A stretch of DNA of 64,000 nt from Octopus sinensis. Lineage: Eukaryota. The DNA lies in NCBI RefSeq assembly GCF_006345805.1, contig NC_043000.1, positions 62,186,001 to 62,250,000 of the forward strand, written 5' to 3'. The notes below the pieces were generated by a model. That model was not told the DNA's origin and made no database searches. It was given only the letters and a program-made list of their open reading frames with translations. Each line of letters starts with the position of its first letter. Position 1 is the first letter of the stretch. The translations under genes and the position numbers were made by a program. Shown here in pieces: positions 1 through 12,764 of the stretch.

Positions 1-187
1 ATCATTCGAAGTTTTCTACCTTCAGTCTAGAACCAGATTAACCTCGCAATATCAGCTGATTATTCTTGAGATTTCTCCAATCTACATGTTTATAAAAACA
101 TGTTACATATTAATAAATGTCTGTAAATATAAAACCATACTGATTTCTGAGTACCTTATTTCTTCTAATATATATATATATATATAT

Positions 188-420
188 ACAATTGCAGCGT
201 GGAAGGTGTTTGTAAGCCAATTAAGAAACACACAAAATCGTTCGATTCACTTCAACATTTAAGTTTAATTTGTCAAAATATTTTCGTCGCTTTAAGACCG
301 CGACCTGTTCACTGACAAAAATCCGTGCTGGCTTACAAACACCTTCCACGCTGCAATTGTTTTCGTTTCAGCATACGATCTCAGATCAAATCACTTGCTA
401 TGCAAGTACATCTCCGTAAT
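188..420. mobile_element. Non-coding foldback element next to (TA)n; 32-bp perfect inverted arms (188-219 / 329-360) around an HHR-bearing loop
   Basis: ACAATTGCAGCGTGGAAGGTGTTTGTAAGCCA and its exact reverse complement; second family copy at 42440-42690. Confidence 0.8.
269..319 (-). ncRNA. Minimal type-I hammerhead ribozyme motif, G3-C8 core variant with one extra G after A9
   Basis: Minus strand: stem I TTTGTCA, core GTGAACA, extra G, stem II GTCGC-GGTCTTAAA-GCGAC, GAAA, palindromic AATATT stem III, UUU site, stem I 3' TGACAAA (7 bp perfect). Confidence 0.6.
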
Positions 421-1459
421 ATATATATATGTATGTCTAACTCTCTCCTTATGTTTGTGTATGTGTAGCTAGTGATTATCCTCATCGCCTCTTTCTTTCT
501 CTCCCTTCTCTCCCTTCACTTTGAATGTGTGTTCATCTTATATCAATACTCCCGCATCCTTTCACCCACTTTAGTGATATATAGACTAATGGTCAAGTGC
601 AATTTTACAAGTTTTAAGTTAAATATGAAATTATAAAATATACTATAGCAACATAGACAGGAACTGATATTCGTAATGATATTCATGGTGAATGCTTGTT
701 TTTCTTGTGAATAAAACATGGGAACTATTTAATGCGTCCGTTTCTAACACAAAACCGTTGGAAAATGTCAATGAAAGTAGTATGGCCAATGGGAAATCTT
801 ATGGCAAAATAAATGAAAGTATATCTCAGGTGAATAGAAGTCTGGTGTCAGCAATTTAAGCTTACTGAATATGAGTTTTAAATAAATTCATTTGATATTA
901 AAGTGCTAGTCCCTATATCATAAAGCCGCAGTATATTTCTCTATTATTGAATCTACAGAGTTGTGCTGGTGGTGGTGATGAAAAAATAAATAGGTCGTGA
1001 TACGATTGCTTATTTTTCTGTTACTTCAATGTAACTGATTCTGAGGGCCAGAGAGTAATCGGTGGAGAGAGAAAAAGAAAGCAAAGCGAGAGAAGAAAAT
1101 GACGCAAAAAGGGTCCCAGAATCTCACTGGTATCTTAGTTTTCGAATCTGAATGCATAAAGGGCAATTTTATCTCGGCAGACTCGAAATTCCAATATGCC
1201 GACCAAGTACAATCTCAAAGCATTCTATCCAATGGACTAACGACTATGCCATATTATAAAAGTGTTATAGGCTGAACAAGTTTAAGAATAAACAGTTCTC
1301 AGTTTTAGAGAGTTCCGAAACTTGCAAACTGTCACGTATTCAAAAGTAAATAAAATATACCAATAGCGGCTTAAAGTAAATAAGTTAAAGGAGAATATGA
1401 CAAAAATATCTGTAATACTGCCTCCAAATGCGTTTGTTCCTGGGAACAAACTGGCACTC

Positions 1460-1772
1460 TGTCAGTTATGATGAGGAGGGTTCCAGCTGATCCGATCAAC
1501 AGAACAGCCTGCTCATAAAATTCACGTGCAATTGGCAGAGCCCTTCAACGAACGCGGGCCTTTAATGTAGACCGCAGAGGGATTCAACGTGACACAGAAT
1601 GATACTAGGCTGGCCCACTGAAATACAGAAGCCGTTCACTTTTGCCATCTGAAGTGGAATGGAACACCGTGTAATAAATTGTCTTGCTCAAGGACACAAC
1701 TCGCCGCTGGGAATCGAACTCATGACCTTATGATCATGAGCCGAATACCCAAAGCACAAAGTCACACGCCAA
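1460..1772 (-). mobile_element. Decayed tRNA-derived SINE (family D, my label)
   Basis: tRNA-like head with B-box GAGTTCGATTCC followed by GTGTCCTTGAGCAAGAC; related copy at 16210-16500. Confidence 0.7.
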
Positions 1773-4700
1773 GGAATCCATATATAAAATAGAATCAATA
1801 GGATAAGCTTGCGTAGAATATAACAATTATTATGGAAATGTGTCAAATTTTACTCTTAGATATCTTTTCAGTTTTACTCTTTGTTATCTTTTCAATTATT
1901 TTGTTAATAGAATGTTTTCTATTTTTAAAATCACAGCTTTAACAAAGCTGATTAATCGCATGATTTATTGTTCTCTGTAAGTTAGTGGGAAGAGGTAAAG
2001 TTTTGGGTCCTAAACTGACAAGAACGCTAAAGTTAATGTAGTATTCGAGATTAAGATCGATGTCTGCAACAAAAACGTGACATAAAATGAGATCAAAATA
2101 GTTGCAGTTCAATGGGAAGTTGTCCAAGAGATTTAGTTTGCAACTTGAGAAATAAAATACATTAGAGGTATCAGCAAATGGGTGTGCCTAGGGGGCTGGA
2201 TGGAAGAGATATGCAAAAAGCTGGAGAAGGCTAAAAATGGATTCTTGCGAATGTCAACTGCTTTCCAGATTGCAAGGGAGGTGAGGTTTCTTATAAGTGA
2301 AATAGGAGAGATATGCTCAGATATACCTAACTGTACGAAAGTTCTTATGATCGCCACTGAGAATGGAGAGGAACACAAAGATTTGATGGAGTTTAAAACT
2401 ATTTTCCTAGTAGCCGTTAACAAAGGTGTCCCATCAAAAACCATCACGTCTCTGTGCAGATCGGAGTTAATTCCAGTAAGGAGAGAAATATTCAACAGTT
2501 CATTGAAGATGCTTTAGAGTATTGGAAGGAACATCTTACTAGCTTGGAGTGATCGGATTTTTTTGCATATGGCGACTGTGTATACGTATTGCTGAAACTG
2601 AGGTGAATAGTTTTGTTTGCTTGTGTAGTTTCAAACATGACTGCAAAGGGAGCACTTAATAGCGTAATACACCATGGGTCATTGTTGCTGTGTATATGTT
2701 TTAAATTTCATATATATCGAATTGGTTTGTATTTTCACATTGATGTTATTGTGTGCACTACATGATAATCAATACTATACTCTTGATAAATTTGACAGTC
2801 TTATCTTGTTTCAAGTTCGAGTGTTAAACAATCATATATCATATATTTAATTATTTTGTTTATGTAGTGAGGCTGTACTGTTTGGAACTTCTCTAAGAGT
2901 GGAAGCAGATTGTCATGAAAGGAAAATTAGACTCATCTCTAGTTACAGTTCTTCAAGAATCCTACATTTTTTATTTACGGTCCTGCTCGTGTCGTATATT
3001 TAATACCACATATTAGTTCATGAATCAAAGTTAATAGTACACGTCCCTTTGAGCCCTGCAGTCTGCATTTCTGTATTATGTGAGTTCAGTCAATGGAATT
3101 ACTAATTGTATTATGTTGTAATTTGTTGAGCCTTTCACTCACACTCACTGGCACCCCTGACCTGAATTTCAAATAGAGTATGTGTGACACTGCTCTTCAC
3201 AAGACTGACTTTAGTTTACCTGACGGGTTTCCTCATCTTTTGTTGGCCCAATTTCATTTAAACGGGTTATAGTGAACCCAGGTCATATTAGAATTGCCGC
3301 ATAGAGATATTGAATCTGGATTCTCATGATTCTAAAGGAAACATATTAACTACTCACTATAACTTCATTTGAGCTCACACTGACATACACCTCCCATCAC
3401 CAGCAAACACAAATATAGATAGTCTTATATATACACATACACACACAGACATGTTGGATAAGGCCGGAACAATGCGAGTAGATATAAAGTAATCTACAAA
3501 AGAAAAGAAAACAAAGTTGAAATTTGTCCTTATATTTCTATACTTCGGAGCTATGAACACTTCTTCAGGACAAGGGGAAAAGCGAGGGAGCGAAATGGGT
3601 TGTTTTTCAGATGTGGTAGGGATGAAAGTAACATCTGCAGGCTGGTATTGTTATAGTAACCAGAACACATGCTGTTATATTTATTCCGACCAGGCGGCCG
3701 AAGATTTTGTAGTTAAAACTACGGCTTTGAATCTGGCCATGGTTATCTCTCTTCGCTATTTCCTGTTTAAGGAAAGCTAAAGAACCAGAAACGGCCGTCT
3801 GGGAATCCGATTGGAGGAACTAGTTGGTAGATATGGCATTTTTACATCTTTCGCATAACAGAGTATTTTTTCTCCACGGAAACTGCAGTGAATTTGCATT
3901 TGACGGTGGCCAAGCTAGAGCACCACCCTTTAGTCAAAGAAATTTACCCCTGTAAGCCTGGTACTTATTCTATCAGTCCCTTCTGCTGGACAGCTAAATT
4001 ACTAGGACACAAACACACCAACGTCGATTGTCAAGCAATGGTGGTGGTGGGGGATAAACGCACATTCATATTTGTGTGTGTGTGTGTCTTTTAGTTTTTG
4101 TTCACATATACACATCAACAAATGAGCCAATTGAACAACTCTCTGTGGTTGTTCAATTTGCTAGAAATAACAGCTAAATCTCTCTCATATTATGCTCTTG
4201 TTAGTATTAAGGAAAGGGAAAAATAGAATTGATATTTTTTTTTATTTTGTTCGGCTCTATGAATTTTATTTTTTTAATGCTTTCATCCATTACTTGAGAC
4301 AAGAAAAGGGAAATAGGAAAAATCCTGACCAAAATAGAGGAATTGTGACTTAACAAAAATATAGAGAAAGAAAAGGTTGTATTCGAAAACCAAACGATGT
4401 TTTTAGCCTTGGTGTAATTTTATAAATAAAACAAATTGAAAATTTAAATTTCGGAACATAAGACTTAACATGTTATCTGATATATGGCCGAATTTAAATG
4501 GATAGAAGACGTAAAACAAATATGTGAGCGTGTGTATGTCTGTGTATGTGTGTGTGTGTGCGTGTGTGTGTGTGTGGTTGGGCCTTTAATAGCCAGGGGT
4601 CAATTTCAGTTCAATCGTAGAAAGGAATTCAAAGGAATTCAGCCACTCCCTCTCATTCTCTCTCTCTTTCTTTCTCACTTCCTCTCTCTCTTGCGCGATA

Positions 4701-5097
4701 CATGCGTCAAATTTAAGTATCTTAATTTTCCAATAAAGGTCGTTGCTACTTCGGTTGATCAGCAGGCATGAGTGTTGAGAAGTAGTAATACAACACATAC
4801 GCGGTGGTTTCAAATCTCTTCCAGAAATTACCAGAGATCTAGTTTAAAATTCTTATTTATACAACAAAATGTACAAAGAACAAATTATATTTACGTTTCT
4901 TTTCGTTATTGGTACGAAGGCTAAGAATTTCTACTCATTTCCCCCGATTTAAATTAATATTTATCAGTGAAAATTTGTGGTTGTAGTCGTCTTCTGGCTG
5001 CTATTTTTAGCATACTGGTACCACTTGTAGCATCCTTAACATATAATCAATAAAAAAAATGAAGAAAAAAACAACAACACGAGGACGTGATGCATAC

Positions 5098-5144
<47 letters not shown>

Positions 5145-5270
5145 TTCAGCAAAAATTTAGATTCAAATGAATATGGTACTTAATTTAGATGCACCAGAAT
5201 TTTGTATGGTGTTATCCATAAAAAATTGGGGGGTGATTATAATCAAAATAAGCAACAAGAATGACTCCGT

Positions 5271-5363
5271 TAATTTGGTACAGTCGTTTCGTACTACATC
5301 ATTTTATTCAATGTTGTAAGTATTACAACAGATTTAAGATGCTGAGTACTCATCAGCCAATTA
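5271..5363 (-). ncRNA. Type-I hammerhead ribozyme, canonical core, extended stem II
   Basis: TAATTGG-CTGATGA-GTACT...AGTAC-GAAA-C-GACT-GTA-CCAAATTA on the minus strand. Confidence 0.75.
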
Positions 5364-5440
5364 CAGAGGTTTTCCATTAATACAAAAGTTTTATTTAATA
5401 CAAAAGTTTATTAATACAAATGTTTTATTTAAAAAGTCTA

Positions 5441-5533
5441 TAATTGGCTGATGAGTACTCAGCATCTTCAATCTGTTGTAATACTTACAACATTTAATAA
5501 AATGATGTAGTACGAAACGATTGTACCAAATTA
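5441..5533 (+). ncRNA. Type-I hammerhead ribozyme, canonical core, extended stem II
   Basis: Stem I TAATTGG/CCAAATTA; CTGATGA 5448-5454; stem II GTACT/AGTAC + GCATC/GATGT + TGTTGTAA/TTACAACA; GAAA 5514-5517; C-GATT-G; GUA site 5523-5525. Confidence 0.8.
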
Positions 5534-5563
5534 CCGGAGTCATTCTTGCTTATTTTGAGCATA

Positions 5564-5604
<41 letters not shown>

Positions 5605-5655
5605 TTATGCATGCATAATGCATTCGCACATATACGCACGCACACACACACACAC

Positions 5656-5707
<52 letters not shown>

Positions 5708-7229
5708 ATATTCCATTCTCAAGGTATCCGAGATCAAATTAGATATCTGTCCAAGTACTGCGCAGTGGAATCAAACCAGGAACCATGCATTTGCGAGATG
5801 ACCTTTGTAACTACACAGTTGTGTCTAAACTCACAGAATAGGTGTTTGTACAGTCTGCTTGGAAAATTCGCTAAACAAAATACAGAATTTGCGACATTAT
5901 TTGCTAAGACACCAACTAAAGAAAACAAGAAAAATAAATATGTACAGAAAAACGAATATATTGCCATAATATATCATCTACGTAGACTTATATCAGCATG
6001 TTTCGTAAAGGAAGAATATGGTCAACAGTAGCTGCGCAGGAAGTGCCAGTGACAGATATATTAGTCTGCTTGTCAGAGTAAAGTCAATATGGTTGTTCAT
6101 TTCTGAAGACAGATCAGTAGATTGTTCAAAACTTTAATCGAATTTATGTGTGTTATTTTCAGTATTACTGATAAATCATCTGGTGGACTGTTCAAAGATT
6201 TACGCAGACTTTATAGAAACTATGTTACAGAAAAACTATTATGAGGATTTCACATTAAACAAACGTCTATCGACAACATAAGATTATTTCTTTTTATTTC
6301 TTACACATCTATAATCTAACAATTCTGTTCCCCACTTATTGATGGAGCTTCTACCTGACCACTCGATCTGCTTGAAATAGCTACGAAATATTCTTTAATT
6401 CACACTCTGTCATCTTTAGAAAGAAAGGATACATCGCCTTTGACATTAATAAAAGCGCGAGTTGGTTACAAGCAAACCATTGGGTAATGAAATTGCACAA
6501 GGAAAATGAAATTGCTTAAATCTTGTTTGGAAATGTCATTGCGTTTTCAGGTTCTTGACAATGACATAACCTCAGTTTTACTTTCTATTTTTAATTCATG
6601 AACAGCATTATAAAATACTTTGAGCGTGCTTATCCCAAGAAATACGCTGCTTGTATCTTCAGTTGCCATTGCTGATTTTGCATCAAAAGTAATGTTATTG
6701 CTGTTGCTACGAATATTACTTTCATTTCTTACATACATAACGATACTCAGATAGGTATGAAGTCCTTTACTTCTCATATCGCTTTCTTAAATTTTCTTTG
6801 CTGTTATGTAAGAAACATAGTTAATATTCAAAGAATGAGTTAGTAGTTTAAGACGTACATTTTATTGCAGGGGGTCAAGAGTTTCTATATTTTCAACTGG
6901 AATTCAGTTGGAATTGACTGTCACATATTGTATCTGCTATGGATAATGTAACTGAACTACAATATGTCTACGGTAGAAATTGTCCACATGCTTTTTCAAT
7001 AGTAAACTAATTTTAAAATCTAAATAATTCAGTGCTGCACACTTCAAGATTAAAAACATCCTTAATAGGTGGATATTTGTAATTATTGGATTAACGATAA
7101 TAAATGTGCGTGAATTTTTGTGGAATACTCGGTTTATTCAATACACAGGAAGTTCACTTGAAAAGCCACAGTCGACTTTCTGATCGAGAGCCATTTTTTG
7201 CGTCCGCGAGCACGTGCGTGAGTGTGTAT

Positions 7230-8235
7230 GCATGTGTAAAGCATTCTTCAACGATGTAAAACTCATAAATTTTCCCCACTATTCTTCTACGCTGTTCTCC
7301 TTTACTATATTTGACATCAGTAAAGAAACTGCTTCCAGGAAACATTTGGCTACTCGAATGAGTGAATCGCGTGAACGCGTTTATGAGAATTTTCCAAGTA
7401 ATGAGAAATGTTTTTATATGTATCGAAAGTTTCTTCACGTTAAAAGGCTCTGCCTCGGATTGAATCACTGAACGCAGTACCTTACAAAATCGATCCTGCA
7501 CCTTACAAAAAAAGTAAACCACTTGCTCGGGCTGGCAGAATATGATTGCAACTGGAATAAGACACAAGAGGATGCTATTTCCCACAAGTTTCTACCAAAA
7601 CTTCGTCATTTGTTTGCAATTCCTACTCCTTATGCCATCCACCTGATGACATCATGTATCAACAAGCGAGCAGCATAGTCATCCCTCGAATTCACTTCAT
7701 AGCAAGATGTATCTTCTTCACTTTTGTAAATGAATTTCGTTTAGTGAGTGTATGGAAACTTTAAACGTTTTTTGCACGCAGTCCCTTAAAGACATCCTAG
7801 ATTTATAAGATTTTCAGAATTTTCAGGGAAGCGCTATATAATTTTTTTTTTCATTTGATGTGTATGCCAATAACAAAGTGGTTCGATTAGATTGTGCACA
7901 GTAATCCATAATATTTTTTCTTTGACACCCTTGAAAGAACTGGCAAAACATTTCTTGTCAGCATCATATTAGTCAGAATATAATAGAAACTCGCCTTCAC
8001 TGTAATCTTTTCTGGCATAGCTCCATCAATTCTCGTTGGTGCGAGAACTGCTATTTCTATGCACAAGCCTTCTTTAGGCATAAAAGCTTTACATTCAAAT
8101 GGTTGCAATATTGGCAATTATATTGGAAATTTGTCAAGTGTGCAAGATGGATGCGCAACGGCTCACGGGTTTTCAGCTGAAAGACTGGGTGAGACACTGA
8201 ATGACTTAAGAAAAAACAAACGACAACTTTGGACG
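7230..8235 (+). pseudogene. Helitron Rep/Helicase fragment (PIF1-like helicase), degraded
   Basis: Translated motifs RVYENFPSNEKCFY..FLHVK, LGLAEYDCNW..EDA..PKLRHLFAI, FFDTLERTGKTFLVSIIL (Walker A-like), SGIAPSILVGARTAIS and VQDGCATAH..RLGETLNDLRKN (Walker B-like); stops and frameshifts. Confidence 0.85.
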
Positions 8236-8482
8236 CGAATGCGAATTTTGCAAAATTTTAATTATAAATTATCATTATAATCTGAGTTTTGCGAAAACAC
8301 CGAGAAGTGACATATTTGGGCTAAGAAGAAAAAATGTAGTATTTAGATTCTTAAACTTATCCGAGTTCGATATTGGTTGTATCTCGAAATCCCGTAACTT
8401 TAGGTGACCTTAACACGAGTTTGCCTATATAATAACACATAGATATATCACACTCACACACACACACACATATATATATATA

Positions 8483-8645
8483 GTGGCTGTGTGGTAAGAA
8501 GCATACTTCTCAACCACATGGTTCTAGGTTCAGTCCCACTGCGTAGCACCTTGGGTAGTACGTGTCTTCTAATATATCCTTGGACCGACCAAAGTCTTGT
8601 GAGTCGATTTGGTAGACAGAAAATGAAAGAAAACCCGTCGTGTGT

Positions 8646-8689
<44 letters not shown>

Positions 8690-8895
8690 CTGTGTGTCTG
8701 TGTTTGTCCCACCTACTATCGCTTGACAACCGATGCTGGTATGTTTATGTCCCCGAAACTTAGCGGTTCGACGACCGATAGAAAAAGTACTGGGCTTACA
8801 AAGAATAAGTCCTGGGGTTGATTTGTTCCACTAAAGGTGTTGCTCCAGCATAGCCGCAATAAAATGCCTGAAACATGTAAAACAGTGAAAGAGTA
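8483..8895 (+). mobile_element. tRNA-derived SINE family A (Octopus-type, central TA/TG microsatellite)
   Basis: GTGGCTGTGTGGTAAG head, GGTTCAGTCCCAC box, GCGGTTCGAC body, many copies in window. Confidence 0.85.
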
Positions 8896-9180
8896 AAAGA
8901 GATACACACACACATATGTTACACTCTCACAATATTACTAAAATCAGACATCTTCTTACATTAAGTTATACTCAAAAGTTATTTTGTCAAATGTGCTTGT
9001 GGTAGAAGACACTTGCCAAAGTTTCTACGTAGTGTATTCAAGCCCAACAGCCCAGTGTCTGTAGCTGTAAAACTAACGTTTTTACAGCAAAACTATGCGT
9101 ACATTTAAACAGTAGACTTGGAAGATTTGTGACGTGCTGTCTTTTGTTTATTTTTATATACTCTTTTCTCTTTTACTCTT

Positions 9181-9494
9181 TTACTTGTTTCAGTCATTTG
9201 ACTGCTGCCATGCTGGAGCACCGGCTTTAGTCGAACAAATCGACCTCAGGACTTATTCTTTGGAAGCCTAGTGCTTTTTCTATCGGGGACAAACACAGAC
9301 ACACACACACACACATATATATATATACACGACGGGCTTCTTTCAGTTTCCGTCTACCAAATCCACTCACAAGGCTTTGGTCGGCCTGAGGATATAGTAG
9401 AAGACTACTGGCCCAAGGTGCCACGCAGTGGGACTGAACCCGGAACCATGTGGTTGGGAAACAAGCTACTTACCACACAGCCACTCCTGCACCT
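9181..9494 (-). mobile_element. SINE family A copy
   Basis: Reverse complement of family A. Confidence 0.9.
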
Positions 9495-9600
9495 ATATCT
9501 TTAAATATATCTTTAAATATGTTTTCTTTTTTGTTACTAATTTGATTTTGATTTAAAGTTAGTTGTAACAGTTTTAAGTTTCACTTGTTGCTATTTGTTT

Positions 9601-9824
9601 TTATTTGTTTCAGTCATTTGACTGCGGCCATGCTGGAGCAGCGCCTTTAGTCGAACAAATCGACCCCAGGACTTATTCTTTGTAAGCCTAGTATCTATTC
9701 TATCGTTCGCTTTTGCCGAACCACTAAGTTACGGGGACGTAAGTACACCAGCATCGGTTATCAGGGATGGTGGGGACAAACACACACACATACGCATCGG
9801 TTGTCAAGCGATGGTGAGGGATAA

Positions 9825-9863
<39 letters not shown>

Positions 9864-10030
9864 CACGACGGGCTTCTTTCAGTTTCCGTCTACCAAATCC
9901 ACTCACAAGGCTTTGGTCGGCCTGAGGATATAGTAGAAGACTACTGGCCCAAGGTGCCACGCAGTGGGACTGAACCCGGAACCATGTGGTTGGGAAACAA
10001 GCTACTTACCACACAGCCACTCCTGCACCT
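9601..10030 (-). mobile_element. SINE family A copy (chimeric, part of a 536-bp tandem duplication)
   Basis: Left half matches copy at 10141; right half matches copy at 9181. Confidence 0.85.
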
Positions 10031-10140
10031 ATATCTTTAAATATATCTTTAAATATGTTTTCTTTTTTGTTACTAATTTGATTTTGATTTAAAGTTAGTT
10101 GTAACAGTTTTAAGTTTCACTTGTTGCTATTTGTTTTTAT

Positions 10141-10361
10141 TTGTTTCAGTCATTTGACTGCGGCCATGCTGGAGCAGCGCCTTTAGTCGAACAAATCGAC
10201 CCCAGGACTTATTCTTTGTAAGCCTAGTATCTATTCTATCGTTCGCTTTTGCCGAACCACTAAGTTACGGGGACGTAAGTACACCAGCATCGGTTATCAA
10301 GGGATGGTGGGGACAAACACACACACACATACGCATCGGTTGTCAAGCGATGGTGAGGGAT

Positions 10362-10439
<78 letters not shown>

Positions 10440-11713
10440 ATATATATGACAGGCTTCTTTCAGTTTCTATTTACCAAATCCACTCACAAGACTTTGGTCG
10501 GCCCGTGGCTTTAGTAGAAGACACATGCCCAAGGTGTCACACAGTGGGACTGAACCAGGAAATCAAGCTACTTTATTTCAAAAATTTTGCCATAAAGGCA
10601 CGATACAGAGTAGCTTGCGGGTTAGACAAAGACATTGATGAAGTGAATGATGAAAAGGATGATATAAATGGGAGAAGACAAAAAACGGCCGCCGATTTTC
10701 TGCTTCTCTAAAACATTATTATCTTCTTTTTTTCCACAGAAAATGACAAAACAAGGTAATGAACCTCTTACTTCGGTTTTACAAATTTTTGGACTAATAG
10801 TCCATTTAAGAATTGGGGCGTTATGCCTCTTAAACACAATAACATGCAATAAACATTAAAAATTGTAACACTGAGGCTTTTCAACCTCTTGTCATTATTC
10901 CTCTACGTCATTGCTTGTGCCCGTATACTCCACCATCCCCCACTCCTCATTCAAGACCAAGGTGGGATCCGAGCCAGCGTCGCCCGGCCACAAGCGATAT
11001 TCCTCGTTGAGTTCCTGCAGCCTAAACTCCACAGACATCGATACGACCTCCACAGCTATCTGCGGAGGCCATTCGGGATCCTGTGTGAAGGTTAAATGTA
11101 CTCTGTTATGGTGCTTTTACACCACCTTTTCTACCTCTCCGCCTCTGTAGAAGAAGACCAATAGTTCCTCTTCCTCCGGGTTCGAGGTAGTCAATTTTAC
11201 CGATGGCGGCACAGTTCCCCCCAACGGTGTCTCTTCCTCTGCCGGTGGCACAACCCCTACCGGCAAGGTTCCGGGACATTCTGGTGCTATGTCACCGACT
11301 TCCGGTAATGTCCTGTTTCTCTCCCTTTTCCTCTTTCGTTCCTCTCAGCTGAGGGAGAGTGCATCTCCCCCGTGACCGGGAGATTCACATCCCCTCCCTC
11401 ATCCCCAGGATCCTTCGGTGAGCACCCATTGTTGCTCACCTTCTTTCTCTTGCGGCCCTTCCCTGAGGAGTCCTCCGTCTCCTCAGCCGCCTTCGTTCCC
11501 TCTTTTACAGAGGTCTCAATTGACCGCTCCAAGATTCCGCCTTGCTCCCGTGGACAGTTCTTCTTTATATGGCCAGGCTCCAGGCACCGATGACACCTGG
11601 GGTGGAGCGACCCTCAAGAATCACCGAGTACCTGCACCCAGCCATTTTCAAAAAATCTGGCATAACCAGGTTCAGGAACTCAAGCTACTTACCACACAGC
11701 CATTCCTGCGCCT
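10141..11713 (-). mobile_element. SINE family A copy split by a 1.1-kb insertion (pieces 10141-10573 and 11673-11713)
   Basis: SINE resumes CAAGCTACTTACCACACAGCC...GCGCCT after the insert. Confidence 0.8.
10574..11672 (-). mobile_element. 5'-truncated ORF1/gag-like (CCHC zinc knuckle) retroposon with no visible ORF2; 18-bp TSD
   Basis: CHRCLEPGHIKKNC at 11554-11595 preceded by ..RYSVILEGR..P; frame continues with frameshifts and one stop to TAA at 10895; TSD CAGGAA(A/C)TCAAGCTACTT at 10556-10573 and 11673-11690. Confidence 0.8.
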
Positions 11714-12201
11714 ATATAAAATTTATTCATGTTCATGTTCACCTCTGCTTTGGTTTGCTCAGCTACTGATTTCTATACGTTGAAGATTTACTCAATAATG
11801 GTTATCCTGTTTACTCATTTTATCTTCAACCCTTTGTTCACATTTAACTATTGTCTTGTGTTTAGAATTGCTTGCACAATATAAAATCAATTCAAATCTT
11901 ATCCAAATATAATTTGATTTAGACTATGACAAGATGGATCAATGAACAGAAGAGAAGACTTTTATGTTGGAATCAGGAAATAAGGCTCCAGTTTAAACAA
12001 AATATGTCTGGAAGATATTTATATTCGAAAATAAGTAATTCATTCAGATCCAAATTTTATCCTTATTTCGATGTTAATTTAGTCATTATATTCATTTCAA
12101 ATCGAACTAAAACAGAATTCACAGAGACCCCCAAAAGACGACTCATATGGAATTTTCCCGTTATGACTTTGTAATCCAAAGTTTACACTCTAATAATTCC
12201 T

Positions 12202-12432
12202 AGGGCGGCCAGCTGGCAGAATCGTTAGCACGCCGGGCGAAATGCTTAGCGGTATTTCGCCTGCCGTTACGATCTGAGTTCAAATTCCGCCGAGGTCGAC
12301 TTTGCCTTTCATCCTTTCGGGGTCGATTAAATAAGTACCAGTTACGCACTGGAGTCGATGTAATCGACTTAATCCGTTTGTCTGTCTTTGTTTGTCCCCT
12401 CTATGTTTAGCCCTCTGTGGGCAATAAAGAAA
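12202..12432 (+). mobile_element. tRNA-derived SINE family B
   Basis: GGCGGCCAGCTGGCAGAATCGTTAGCACGCCGGGCGAAATG head, GAGTTCAAATTCC B-box, AATAAAGAAATA tail. Confidence 0.9.
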
Positions 12433-12665
12433 TATAATAATTCCTTTTTTTTTCTTATGATCATCTTCCGCGACAGCATAAATTTTAATATTCAAGAATA
12501 TTGTAATTGTAGCAGACAATCCTACAGTGGCCTACAGTAGATAGAAGTTTTCATTGATGAAGTCGCGATGGTGTCGAAAGGAGTTTGACAAATCTAGCTG
12601 GTTGATTGATTGATCAAACGATTAATTAAGAAATCGAATGGTTAATTGAGTATATGTTAAAGAAT

Positions 12666-12667
<2 letters not shown>

Positions 12668-12764
<97 letters not shown>

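Larger units (their letters stand above)
5143..5560. mobile_element. (TA)n-flanked foldback element with two outward-facing HHRs
   Basis: Inverted arms 5244-5363 / 5441-5557; spacer of TTAATACAAAAGTTTTA-like repeats; (TA)n on both sides. Confidence 0.8.

Noticed and set aside
1939-2517. ORFs at 1.9-2.5 kb; SLGPKTLPLP resembles a PLE N-terminal motif
   Set aside because: Only one short motif, so it cannot be assigned without a search
6547-6777. 76-aa minus-strand ORF, and plus-strand AG/GT pair at 6550/6755
   Set aside because: No recognisable motif. The plus-strand candidate exon has stops in all three frames, and the minus ORF has an in-frame stop just upstream.
12202-12290. tRNA-like A and B boxes in SINE heads as tRNA genes
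   Set aside because: They are followed by SINE bodies, occur in many copies and show no full cloverleaf
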